This document shows, piece by piece, positions 50,444 through 64,000 of a stretch of DNA of 64,000 nucleotides (positions are counted from its first letter, which is position 1; each line of letters opens with the position of its first letter). The position numbers and the translations under genes are program-made. Location: the NCBI RefSeq assembly GCF_006345805.1, contig NC_043008.1, positions 78,430,001 to 78,494,000 on the forward strand. The letters run 5' to 3'. The notes beneath the pieces are model-generated. The model saw only the letters and a list, made by a program, of their open reading frames with translations, ran no database searches and had not been told where the DNA came from. This DNA is from Octopus sinensis. Its lineage: Eukaryota.

Positions 50444-50750
50444 CTTTGGAAAGAAGGATGATTAGCGATTCTCTTATACACGATTTACAAATACCGATGT
50501 TTGCGTTGTATTGAGGAGCCTCACTTACGGTGGACCAGGATAAGATATATTGAACATTTTGAGATTTGAGATTGTGTACATAAGTTGCTAAGGGGGCAGA
50601 TAGTTTAGAATTTGGATTGGTGAAAGAACTCATGTGCGCACAGTAGCAACGCTTGGAATCAACAGTGCTTCCGATAGAGGTCCTTGCTTGGTGAGAGTCT
50701 GAGGCTGGAGAAAGAATATTTGTGAAGATTTCATTGACTTTATTACCTAG
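50444..50750 (-). mobile_element. Penelope-like GIY-YIG endonuclease C-terminal fragment
   Basis: SIGST..KR..HMSSF..LATYVHNLK..SWSTV..YNANIGICKSCIRESLII. Confidence 0.75.
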
Positions 50751-50900
50751 TGTAACAATTAAAAATGATAATAACAGAATCAATAATATAAGCGACTGCA
50801 GGCGATTGGCCTTGCAATCGCCTTTATTATTGATTCCGTTATTATCATTCTTAATTGTTACACTACATAATAATAGAAATGATATCTTCGGAAATATTTT
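50713..50900. repeat. Long fold-back palindrome (~90-bp arms, very short loop)
   Basis: TAGTGTAACAATTAAAAATGATAATAACAGAATCAATAAT..GCGACTGCAGG / CCTTGCAATCGC..ATTATTGATTCCGTTATTATCATTCTTAATTGTTACACTA. Confidence 0.85.
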
Positions 50901-51025
50901 CTCGTGAATTATTTACTCTGTATTGAAATTAGTTTCACACTGGTAGCTGCCATGATTCGGCGCAGAACGAATCAGTTGAAGCATAGACTTCAATGTAACG
51001 GGTTGGGGCTCTCCATCATGGTAAC

Positions 51026-51076
51026 GCGTGCTGAGGAAGGTGAAGCTGTAATACCAGTCCAGAAACCGGTCCACAT
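51026..51076 (+). ncRNA. Probable degenerate Penelope-type hammerhead
   Basis: gtg CTGAGGA (24 nt) GAAA CCGG TC cac. Palindromic stem III ACCGGT and GUC site; stem II is weak. Confidence 0.45.
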
Positions 51077-51252
51077 GAGTCCAAATACTTGGATTATGCT
51101 GAGAGATTGTCTAAGCCCGTTTGCCTTCAGACGGTTGATTTCTGTAGTTATTATTAGCGTATTTTGGTGATTTAAATAATAGTTTTGACTGTTATTTCCA
51201 GCAGGTAGACAGACTTATTATGTCATTTGATTAATTGATATATATACATATA

Positions 51253-51320
<68 letters not shown>

Positions 51321-51322
51321 AT

Positions 51323-51358
<36 letters not shown>

Positions 51359-51367
51359 CTAGATAGC

Positions 51368-51441
<74 letters not shown>

Positions 51442-51587
51442 TACCTTCGAAACACGCTGGAGTTGAGTTCTGCGTCCATTTGTGGTGTCCTGTACTCACG
51501 TATATATATTTATATATACATGTAGATGTAGGTACGTACATATATGTATGTATGTATGTATGCATATATTTTATTTATTACACTATA

Positions 51588-51633
<46 letters not shown>

Positions 51634-51657
51634 ATTTTAAACAGCAGAAAATTCAAC

Positions 51658-51704
51658 AAAATCTGTTACTCTGAGTTTCTCGTTGCCGTTCATCAGACAG
51701 TTTT
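51658..51704 (-). ncRNA. Hammerhead ribozyme in the sense pseudo-LTR
   Basis: aaaactgt CTGATGA a-cg-GCAA-cg-a GAAA ctc-a-gag TA acagatttt. Confidence 0.7.
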
Positions 51705-53702
51705 TGCTAGAATGGAACTTATATATTAATTCAATATATACTCTTACAAACGCTACACCTTTAAAAAGAAATGGACTTGTTTGATTGGCCCTTTAGAAAA
51801 AACGGTCAATCTTCGAGCGATAAACAAAAAGGTCAAAAATATATGTATATATATATAAAAAAAACTTATAAAAATTATAAAATCCGAGGAAAAAACCGAG
51901 GAAAAAACCTATTGCCGTTAATGAAGACAGTGCAAATTAATGCATAGAAATTAAACCTGTTATAAATACTGCAATACATATTTATATTAAAATCTACATA
52001 TATATATCAACATACACAAAAGGATGCGCGTAAACGCCATACATACATATACAGATGTATGAATAGGAATCTAAATATACACATAAAAGCATGTGTACAT
52101 ATATTCACGCAAACCGTCTCGCACGCAAGCTAAAATTCATCTATGTAGCAATTCTCATATACTGAGCAAGGAGGGGGAACGAAAGAAAGGGAAAGAGAGA
52201 AAAAGGAACGAAGGAGGGGTGGGGCAAAAAACTTGTAACGATGTTATTGGCATCTATAGAGACCAGTATACATACACAAGTTTGAATGGATACATATACA
52301 TACCGTCGTGTATATGTGTGCTTAAGCACAAGCATACTTTCACTTACACATACACAGATACGCATGCTTACAAATACATATGCTTTGCTATACACATACT
52401 TATATAAACATTCTAATTTTGACAACATTACTTTTTTTAAAAAAAACATTGCTTTTTAAAAAAATGGGTGCATTAATAAAAATATATACGAAAGACATAT
52501 AAAATAAAATATAACATCCTATTTTGGGTCATTTATAAATAATCAAGGTAATATAAATAATCAAGGTAATCCTATGCAATACAATAACATGAAAACAAAG
52601 TTTGTAGGTTTTTCCTAATATATACGTAGAAACATAAGACTTTGCTATACGGATTAATATCCGCGTAGCTTGGAAACAGAATCAAAATCCGTCGTAGCGC
52701 TCAAGAGTCAAAATCAAAATCAAAAATCAAAAATACAAAATATATACTCTATCCATATGGTATATTTATATTCGACATTTTAAATTTAGCCGCGTGCCTA
52801 CATAAGTTCATTAACTCACTTCTTTGATTCAAAGAATTATTGTCTTTGAATAAGATGTGCATTTTTTCTAATAGGCAAAGTCTGCACTTGAAATTATATT
52901 TGTAAGCTCCATGCCTGTATGGTGCCGCCCTGTCCAGAATGCTCCATGTCACGTTGAAAGGTGGGGCTTCCTTTTCTTTTAGTTCCCAGACATATTTTGC
53001 TAGGCTGGTTTTCTTCCTATTCTCTGGGTATTTAAAAGAATTTTTATGAGAATAAAATCTTGTTTTAAATGAATTTTCTGAAGCCCCTGTGTATGTCTTG
53101 TATTCCGATGAGCCTTCCACTTGCACCTTGGCTCTATAAACTACTCCTTTCACTAGACATTTCCCTTCTAACGGACAGGAGCTTTCGTTTTTGAAATTAC
53201 ATTTCTTAATGGGCTCGGCACCATGTCTAATCTCAATTAGCTTCCTATTATGTGGCTAATGTAAGAGGCGAAATTTCTGCAACAAGAATAGCTAAACTTC
53301 AGGGTTCTTCTATTAAATATTCTGTAGAATTTATGACCCTGCTTAAAATGCTTAGAGACTAATCTCAAAAATTCCTTACCTATATTAGTCTTTACGGCCA
53401 AATTGAAAGCCGGGTTGAACCACAAAACTTTCCTGGTCCTAGTTCTTCGTGCAGCATTATTATTAGCATTAAGCTGGTTGAACTGGATCTTCTCCGAGAA
53501 TCCACTATTCTTTAATGCGCTATCGTAATAAGGTGCAGCATTATGGAATGCTGCCTCGTCCGAAGAAATTGAAGATATTTTGTTTATCGCTCGAAGATTG
53601 ACCGTTTTTTCTAAAGGGCCAATCAAACAAGTCCATTTCTTTTTAAAGGTGTAGCGTTTGCAAGAGTATATATTGAATTAATATATAAGTTCCATTCTAG
53701 CA

Positions 53703-53749
53703 AAAACTGTCTGATGAACGGCAACGAGAAACTCAGAGTAACAGATTTT
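53703..53749 (+). ncRNA. Hammerhead ribozyme in the inverted pseudo-LTR
   Basis: Same motif as 51658-51704 in the opposite orientation. Confidence 0.7.
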
Positions 53750-53776
53750 GTTGAATTTTCTGCTGTTTAAAATAAA

Positions 53777-53816
<40 letters not shown>

Positions 53817-54071
53817 TAATAAATAAAATATATGCATACATACATACATACATATATGTACGTACCTACATCTACATGTATATATAAATATATATACGTG
53901 AGTACAGGACACCACAAATGGACGCAGAACTCAACGAGAACGAAAACGTAAAAACAAGCATGGAACGAACCTTTTTTTTAGAAAGAAAAAACAGAGTGCT
54001 AGACAAACTACACAAGGAAAAATTCCCTTCATCAGCTGTCCCTAGTTCAACTCCAGCGTGTTTCGAAGGTA

Positions 54072-54182
<111 letters not shown>

Positions 54183-55254
54183 ATATACATATATACATAT
54201 ATATATACACACACACACACAGATGTTTGTGTGTATATGAAGGAGAGAACAACTAGAAATATTAATGGAACACAAGGTGGCGTAATCACATGCACTTGAA
54301 GGAAAGTTTTGTTGATGCGAAATAAAATACGCTAATAAGTATTTTCTTTCTTCGTCGTGTCTTCAGTATCAGTATAAAAGCAAATAAATGTGTGTTGATG
54401 TAATAGAAATAATCAAAAAAGCAGAAGACAATGAAAAATTTAAACACTAGAGAATCAGACGCGAATTTTCCAGTATATGTGTGTGTATGTTTGTGTTTAA
54501 TATACATCTTCAAGTAAACACTTATATGTCTGTGTGCGTGTATATGTGAGTGTGTTTCTTTTTATATCAAGTTATATGTAAAAAAAAAATTGTAACTTTG
54601 TACTTAAGAATTATTCAATGTTGATAATGCTCAAGTGGTGTTATAGAATTAATTTTCAGAGAGCTTCGGCTTCAATGAAATATATCTAAAATGTTTCAAA
54701 ATAAGCCAACGAATCAATCATTCTTCCGTGTATAATTTTTAATTCAGCACTAACCCAATATGAATTATTTTCTGTGAACTGATACCTAGCAATAATATTC
54801 AAAATCCGTTACCAGTGTAAAAATAGCGTTAAATTTCTAGATCGCACAACAGTCCTTATTTAGCTATGATATATTTCATTCAGGTACAATGACGAAAGAA
54901 GCGTAACGTATTGACCTATCTTTTTTTTATATGCTTTTGATTAAATCTGAAGCAGAAGGAGAAGAATAAGAATAGAGGAGGAAGAGAGTGTGGAAAAGGA
55001 AGATGAGCTCCATGTTTGTGTCTATATATAAATGTATGTACGTGTGTGTGCGTGCGTGTGTACGTGTGTGTGTATGTATGTGTGTCTGCATGTGTGTGTG
55101 TGTATGTAAACAGATTTCACTGAGTAAAATATCTTGTGGAGAATTACATCTGATTAGGACTAATATAGCTGCAGCAGTATTGAAACCGTTGTTCTTAACA
55201 TTTTCATCAGACTGGTTTGCATATTCATCTTCTACCTCTTAATTGCTTCAGTTA

Positions 55255-55430
55255 ATGGACTAAGTCCATGCTGGAACACCGCCTTCAAAAATGTTAGTCG
55301 AACGAATCAACTCCAGTACTTATTTTTTTTAAGCTTTGCACTTATTCATTCGGTCTCTTTTGCCAAACTATTAAGTTACGAGGACAGAAACAAACCAACT
55401 CCGGGTCTCAAAAGCTTGGTAACGGGCACG
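55255..55430 (-). mobile_element. Degenerate SINE family B tail
   Basis: CCATGCTGGAACACCGCCTT..TAGTCGA..CGGTCTCTTTTGCC..TAAGTTACG. Confidence 0.65.
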
Positions 55431-55469
55431 AACACCAATCAGTTTAATCGGCCTGTCCATCCAGCTGTC

Positions 55470-56150
55470 CTAAAATGTTATGAACTGCATGATTTTATCT
55501 CTCCAGGTACTATGCTGAAAGCTCACAGATTTTATTTGGTTGATTTTCGCTCCGTAAACACATTATTTTCCTTTAGGGCAGAGCCGATCATATCTATATG
55601 CCTGATATCTGACATTATGCCGGTGATGTTTTTCGTGTATGGCGACACCGTTTTTCCACGTTCTAGTTCGCTCGAAATGCACCTCAACATCTCGAATTTC
55701 CGGAGTAGTAATTCTATAGTCAGTATATACAGAAGAGATTTTTGTTTGCAGTAGGGAGTTGTTTCCTTTTTTGCAGATAGAAGAAAGCTCATAAGTGGTT
55801 CTATCTTAGCCTTCAGCCTTCAACTACTGTGGAACGCAACAAACAATATGGAAGGTTGATCAAATCAGAGATAGCTCCTATGTTTTTTAGTCGGTCTGAA
55901 TGAATAGTTCCATCTCTGTACCCGACCAATTTTCTTTCCTTTCTGTGTGGACTTTATCTCCTATGCCGTATAGTACAGTCGCCACACGCAAGGAGATGTC
56001 TACCTTGGTGGTAATTCTGCCTCCTTTACTTTTACAACACTCCAACTGAGGCATGTCGGAATCAGCCGTAGTTCGTCGCATTTTAGAGTTGTGTTTGCAT
56101 ATTTTTTAGCTTCTTCAGTTGGAAACCTCACTTCAGCTGTGAGAAAACTT
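55470..56150 (-). mobile_element. Highly degenerate RLE-LINE (R4-like) RT N-terminal fragment
   Basis: Weak motifs NWSG..DG.IH, RGKTV and LKENNVFTE. Confidence 0.35.
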
Positions 56151-56189
56151 CTTCCTTGAGCTGTATATGCCCCAAATTGGTTTCAGGCA

Positions 56190-56675
56190 CTTTCACAGGC
56201 TGACTATGAAGGAATGTTGCTAGAGCTGTGAAATCTTGCATGCAATAATTTCAAATTTTCTTATTAATAACTGCATTATTTCTTTCCGGGTAAACTGACA
56301 TCTGACTGCTCAAAGAACACTTCAAAAGTAACTGATAACGACTTCTCATATCAATGAACCAAATTTGGCATCGTGGTGTTATCAAGTACTTGCAGAATAA
56401 CGGTTTATCCTCCGAGTACATTCATACTGACATTAAGGGATGACGCTCCAGCTTTATCAACAGTGCAAAATTGGGTAGCTGAATTTATGGGCGGTAAGAA
56501 GAGTTTTGAAGATTACCCAAGTTCTGAACGTCCTGCAACTGCCACAACCGAGGAAAACATTGATTTTACTCACCACATGATGATGGATGACAGGCCATTG
56601 ACTATAAACCAAATAGCCAACGTTATTAGCATATCGTGGCATGATGAAGGTTACTGCTTGGTGGGTGCCGCGCCT
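56190..56675 (+). mobile_element. Mariner family B 5' fragment
   Basis: DDAPALSTVQNWVAEF..SFED..S.RP.TATTEENI..MDDRPLTINQIA; homologous to ~8190-8560. Confidence 0.8.
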
Positions 56676-56679
56676 CCTG

Positions 56680-56840
56680 TAGAGGACACAGATAGTGTGT
56701 CTATAGCCAGCTGGAGGATATATCTTCCTGGGGCTACAAACTACAGTAGCATCCACCCTTACGGGTAAGCCATATTCAAATGGCAAATATGCGTCACGAT
56801 GTGTTACCGCTACTGTTTATAACTCGCTCTGAGATTTATC

Positions 56841-56843
<3 letters not shown>
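56680..56843 (+). repeat. Pseudo-LTR-like dispersed repeat (family shared with 60648-60840 and 62805-63078)
   Basis: CACAGATAGTGTGTC.ATAGCCAGCTGGAGG..TCTTCCTGGGGCTACAA.CTACAGTAGCATC. Confidence 0.75.
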
Positions 56844-56887
<44 letters not shown>

Positions 56888-56895
56888 CTTATATA

Positions 56896-57588
56896 TCTAT
56901 ATATATAAAACTAAACGTGTGTGTGTCTGTGTGTGTATCTGTGTGTGTGTCTGTGTGTTTAACTTCCCGCCACATCTCCTCCTAGCCAACAAATCGTAGA
57001 ACCACCAAAAATGGGTCACTTAAAATTTAGGCGAATGAAAATTGAACTGCGCTATTTCTGTTCCGAAATACATCTCGCAAGTGCAAAAATCGATAATGTG
57101 TTTGTTTAGGCCTTATCCCATGCATTGAATAGTGAACTTTACTCAGTCAGCTGTTTGACGTGAACTGTGTGTACCACGCGTGCAAGCATGCGTAAATTGC
57201 ATGAAAAATAAAAAATTAAGATATAAGAACGAATCGCCGTAAACATTGTAGAAATTCGGCAAAAGAAATGAATTTTCGGGATGTAGCCTGGAGTTTTTTT
57301 TCGTATTAATCGTTTGGACTTTGTGAACACATACCAATTGTTTTCATAACATTTTTAACGCTTTGAATTAAATGTGACCATTTTGCGTTGAGTCTGCAGT
57401 TTGAATCACTTTAACCAAATTTTAGCAGGCCGGATTTTTGATCATCACGATACATCGCCAGCGACTCCCTGAAACTCTCCCCTGAAATCCCCGTTGAGAA
57501 ATCTATTATATATGTAATAATACTTTGAATGTGACTCCTGAGAAAGAGTAAAAGTAATTATCCGATGAACGATGGGTATTACTGCTAC
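56896..57588 (+). mobile_element. Non-autonomous Helitron, third family, older
   Basis: A|TCTATATATATAAAAC..(TGTC/TG)n start; decayed 3' end ..AACGATGGGTATTACTGCTAC|T. Confidence 0.65.
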
Positions 57589-58025
57589 TATATATATATA
57601 TATAAGCGGGTAAACTTTTGCTGTGTAATCTCTAACGGTGTTAGCAATAATGTGCAGGTGGGTGCGCCTAATATAACAAATGTCAATAACAACTCTAACA
57701 ATGTAAACACAAGTGTATTACATCCGCTAATTTCACAGATGAGCATAATATGAACGCTGAAGCTTGTAATAATGATAACACGATAACCAATAATAAATGT
57801 AATTGTAGGGATAGAAAAAAATTGTCTGCTTCAGGGTTGATGCCTACCCAAAAATATAGTATATAAGTGTGCCGTTATGACAGACACTAATACTTTTATT
57901 TATATTGGCTGCTTTGTTGACCTGAAGAAGCGACTGCGCCATCATCTCTCTTCTTTTAAACTCAGACGTAAGGCTAATACACATCATTATCCACGAAGGT
58001 ATAGGAACTTTAAGATAATAATATT

Positions 58026-58255
58026 TATTTATTTATTGCCCACAAGAGGCTAAACATAAAGGGGACAAACAATGACAGACAAAGGGATAAAGTCGATTAC
58101 ACTGACCCCAGTGCATAACTGGTATTTATTTAATCGACCCCGAAAGGATGAGAGGCAAAGTAGACCTCGGCGGAATTTGAACTCAGAACGTAACGGCAGA
58201 CGAAATACTTCTAAGCATTTCGCCCGGCGTGCTAACGATTCTGCCAGCTCGCCGC
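58026..58255 (-). mobile_element. SINE family A
   Basis: Full head and body as at 246-472. Confidence 0.9.
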
Positions 58256-58256
58256 A

Positions 58257-58669
58257 CTCTTTTAACTCTTTTACTCTTTTACTTGTTTCAGTCATTTGAC
58301 TGCGACCATGCTGGAGCACCGCCTTTAGTCGAGCAAATCGACCCCAGGACTTATTCTTTGTAAGCCCTAGTACTTATTCTATCGGTTTCTTTTGCTGAAC
58401 CGCTAAGTTACGGGGATGTAAACACACCAGCATCGGTTTTCAAGCGATGTTGGGGACAAACACAGACACACAAACATATACACAAATATATATATGCATA
58501 TATACGACGAGCTTCTTTCAGTTTCCGTCTACCAAATCCACTCACAAGACTTTGGTCGGCCCGAGGCTATAGTAGAAGATACTTGCCCAAGGTGCCACGC
58601 AGTGGAAATGAACCCGGAACCATGTGGTTGGTAAGCAAACTACTTACCACACAGCCACTCTCCTGCGCC
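58257..58669 (-). mobile_element. SINE family B, head-to-tail with SINE A
   Basis: Full-length copy. The B-A pair is flanked by AAGATAATAATATT at 58012-58025 and 58674-58687. Confidence 0.92.
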
Positions 58670-59592
58670 AATGAAGATAATAATATTAAGTTCCAAATAA
58701 TGTAGAACGTACCTCGTAGAGCTCAACAATTCTCCAATGGCAGATACAGGTGCGAACTGTGTTGTATGGAACTATACAAAATATTAAGAAATAGGAACAA
58801 TGATAGTTTAACTAATAACAAATTAGATCTTAGAGCTTCATGCATTCACAAAATCCTCCGTGCTTTTAAATATTTTAAAAGTATTACACAATCCTCTATC
58901 CGTTGTTTTATCTAACCTTTTTAGCCGCTATACTCTCTCTTTATATTTTATTTCGGTCTGTGTAGTTGAATTATCTACGCGGTCAGATAGTAATAGATTT
59001 CCTAGCCAGATCTCAATGGAACTTTTGTTCAGTTACTTATATTTTGATTACTTTAATATAATTTTATAACTATTTTATACCTATGTTAATTGGTACTAGG
59101 ACGTGTCTATTATGTAACAGATTGTCTACCCTTCTTGGCCTCATACCATACCTTTATTATATTTTATCACAACTAATTATATTTTGGAATCTTATCATAC
59201 CCTTTAATTCTTATCTTAAACTTGTTTGTTCCGCAACTACGTAATTGATATTGGCCCGATTTTTATCTCATCGATCTTAAAAATTGCCTTACTTACTCCG
59301 AAATTTTAAAGATATTTTTTTATATATGTTACATTTTAATCCTATTCCTGTATTATAGTACCGATTCTGCATTTATCGGTGTACACTTTAATGTTACATA
59401 CTCTGGAATATATTCTTTATTATACTTATAAACTAATAATGCTACTTCTAATTTATATTTTACTAGGATTAACACGTGCATTTATATTTATATTTTTTAT
59501 TTATATCTGATTATCTATAATCTATAATAAGAAATATTTTATGTATTATATACTAATATCCCACATGCTGTTTGCAATATGTATAAATACTT

Positions 59593-59633
<41 letters not shown>

Positions 59634-60647
59634 CTTTAAATTCTCAATATGAATGAATCTGATACTACGGTGGGTTTTATCTACTCTGTACGCCTCAAAT
59701 CATAGCTTGGAAATTTATACCATATTGCTTTCTTATATTTTCTTATTTTTCGTATATTTTTATTCATCTCATAACGTTATACTTATTTATTGAATTTTGG
59801 TTATTATATATTCTATCATTCTATCATTATTATCATTATTGTTGTTGTTGTTGTTGTTCTTGTAGTTATCATCATTATTATCATCATCATCATCGTCATC
59901 ATCATCATCATCATCATCATCGTTATTATTATTATTATCATCATCATTATTATTATTATTATTCCAACTTACCTTTCACTCGCTATTGTACTTCATCCTA
60001 TTACATTAGCTTATTTTATTTTATTTCTATTTTGTTACATTATACTATTTCTAACTACTTTTTAATTATTTTTTTTAAATTCCTACGATACTATTTGCAT
60101 AGTTACTAACTTACAATTCCATTTTTTATTATTATCCAGATTAATCTAATTATTGATATGATGCCCACTCCTCTTGTTCCATATGCTTTCCTATCTTAGA
60201 CTTATTATCTCTCTTTTATGGTCTTTCCAGCCTTTTGTACTTAACCCTAAAACCGCTCATTGAATAGAATTAAAAGATAAAAGTAACTAACTCTATCTTA
60301 GTTGTGGAGGTGTGCTGTTTCGCCATCTGATTCCCCCTAACCCATTCTCTAAACTCTTTCATTGCTATAAATCTTCGTTACCCCCTTCTCACGCGTGACA
60401 TCGTTCTTTTCTCCTATAATACTACAAAATTGAACTAGCAACTTCATTTTATGACCAGCAAGGATCATAGAATCAAAAAGGCGCAGATGCCGTTGTTTTT
60501 TTAATGTTTTTGAATGCTGTGGTTCATGTAAACGATTTTTCTTATGATGTAATATTTCCATTAACCAATTACGAATTCGTTCGAAACAGCAGTAGTAAAC
60601 TGACACGTTATCCATCTTTTATTTTATATATATATATATATATAATA

Positions 60648-60840
60648 ATAAATCTCTGAGCGAGGTAAAAACAGTAGCTGCACGACATCGTGAAGTATAT
60701 TTGCCGCTTAAATGTCGCTAGCCCTTAAGGGCTGATGCTACTGTAGCTTGTAGCCTCAGGAAGACATTTCCTCCAGCTGGCTATTGACACTTTACCTGTG
60801 GCCTATCAGTATTTGCAAAGGGAAGCCATCCTTCCCATCT
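60648..60840 (-). repeat. Pseudo-LTR-like dispersed repeat, inverted relative to 62910-63078
   Basis: GATGCTACTGTAGCTTGTAGCC.CAGGAAGACA..CCTCCAGCTGGCTATTGACAC..CCTATCAGTATTTGCAAAG. Confidence 0.8.
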
Positions 60841-60905
60841 CCAATATATATCCTTTTTCCAGTGACGAATGGTCACTGTTCTCGAAAAGTGGAAAAAAGC
60901 AATGA

Positions 60906-61081
<176 letters not shown>

Positions 61082-61103
61082 TAGATAGATAGATGGATGG
61101 ATG

Positions 61104-62801
<1,698 letters not shown>

Positions 62802-62849
62802 ATATATATTTGCATTGGGAACCACTTCACATCGCTAACCACGGGTTGT

Positions 62850-62893
62850 CACACGCTGATGATGGGTCAATATCCAGAAACCCGGTTCGTGTG
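62850..62893 (+). ncRNA. Type I hammerhead ribozyme
   Basis: cacacg CTGATGA tggg-tcaata-tcca GAAA cc-c-gg TT cgtgtg. Perfect 6-bp stem I, 4-bp stem II, near-palindromic stem III, GUU site. Confidence 0.75.
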
Positions 62894-62939
62894 TATCACG
62901 TCAGGCTGTTGATGGGAAGGATTACTTCTCTTTGCAAAT

Positions 62940-62991
62940 ACTGATAGGGCACAGATAGTGTGTATTGACACACTATCTGTGCCCTATCAGT
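62940..62991. repeat. Perfect 24-bp hairpin with a 4-nt loop
   Basis: ACTGATAGGGCACAGATAGTGTGT-ATTG-ACACACTATCTGTGCCCTATCAGT. Confidence 0.95.
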
Positions 62992-63074
62992 TGGAGGAGA
63001 TGTCTTCCTGGGGCTACAAGCTACAGTAGCATCAACTCTTAAGGCTTGGCTACATTTAAGTGGCTAATATACTT

Positions 63075-63153
<79 letters not shown>

Positions 63154-63170
63154 GTGCACAATTTGACACA

Positions 63171-63335
63171 GGCGCAGGAGTGGCTGTGTGGTAAGTAGCT
63201 TGTTTACCAACCACATGGTTCCGGGTTCAGTCCCACTGCGTGGCACCTTGGGCAAGTGTCTTCTACTATAGCCTCGGGCCGACCAAAGCCTTGTGAGTGG
63301 ATTTGGCAGACGGAAACTGAAAGAAGCCCGTCGTA

Positions 63336-63373
<38 letters not shown>

Positions 63374-63600
63374 TGTGTGTGTTTGTGTGTCTGTGTTTGT
63401 CCCCCTAGCATTGCTTGACAACCGATGCTGGTGTGTTTATGTCCCCGTTACTTAGCGGTTCGGCAAAAGAGACCCATAGAATAAGTACTGGGCTTACAAA
63501 AGAATAAGTCCTAGGGTCGAGTTGCTCGATTAAAAAGGCGGTGCTCCAGCATGGCCGCAGTCAAATGACTGAAACAAGTAAAAGAGAAAAGAGAAAGAGA
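63171..63600 (+). mobile_element. Full-length SINE family B
   Basis: Complete head, body and (AAAAGAG)n tail. Confidence 0.92.
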
Positions 63601-64000
63601 ATTCAAACAGCATTTGAAATGAGAAATGGTTCAACAATTACTGACGGTCTAAAGGTAAGAAAACCAAACGATGAACATATATATATTGGAGATGTCCAAA
63701 CGAGGTTGCCTCTTATTAGAAACAAATATGGCGTGAATGATGTAGATCAACGACCTGTGAAGTGAATGAAAACAATATTATCGAGATAATTAAAATCTGT
63801 TTCAGTTTTCAAATTTCAACGATATTGAAAAAGGGATCATTGTGCCCCCACGAATAAAAGCAACCTCTGCTGATTGATTTATTAATGGAGATTAATGATT
63901 AATTATTTACAGAAATTTTACAAAACCTCTGATGGGAAAATTATCATTTCGTTAATAGAATTGGTGGTGTTGATTTATTGAGTGAAAATGTACATTTAAT

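Larger units (their letters stand above)
57760..58860 (+). mobile_element. Penelope-like GIY-YIG fragment split by a SINE dimer
   Basis: CNCRDRK..C..C..NIVYKC..IYIG..LKKRLRHHLSSF; after the insertion it continues DNNIKFQI..RCELCCMELYKIL. Confidence 0.75.

Noticed and set aside
54020-54070. Minus-strand GAAAC...CTGATGA as a permuted (type II) hammerhead
   Set aside because: Stems I-III cannot be formed while keeping an intact core.
63600-64000. Possible host exon or CR1/L2-like RT remnant
   Set aside because: Stop-ridden with only vague similarity; no supportable call.

Overview
This is a eukaryotic, AT-rich, microsatellite-dense window made almost entirely of transposable elements. The SINE and microsatellite repertoire looks like an octopus (coleoid cephalopod) genome; that assignment is an inference. 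I found no supportable host protein-coding exon, rRNA, true tRNA or CRISPR array. Content: two tRNA-derived SINE families; Tc1/mariner remnants, including a two-family mariner chimera; four non-autonomous Helitrons, one carrying 23-aa STPR-like repeats; R4/Dong-type restriction-like-endonuclease (RLE) LINEs beside (TAA)n and (TACA)n tracts; a CRE-like LINE; three RTE LINE copies; a decayed Gypsy element; and several Penelope-like (GIY-YIG) elements. The most interesting non-coding signal is a set of type I hammerhead ribozyme (HHR) motifs from several unrelated sequence families, at 30540, 45248, 51026, 51658/53703 and 62850. The one at 30540 lies in a ~324-bp tandem unit resembling a non-LTR retrozyme. 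Also notable: an apparently (TACA)n-targeting R4-like LINE lineage, a Helitron with a remodelled 3' hairpin inserted exactly at an A|T site, and several fold-back or template-switch hairpins. All calls were made by eye; boundaries are approximate unless a motif is quoted.
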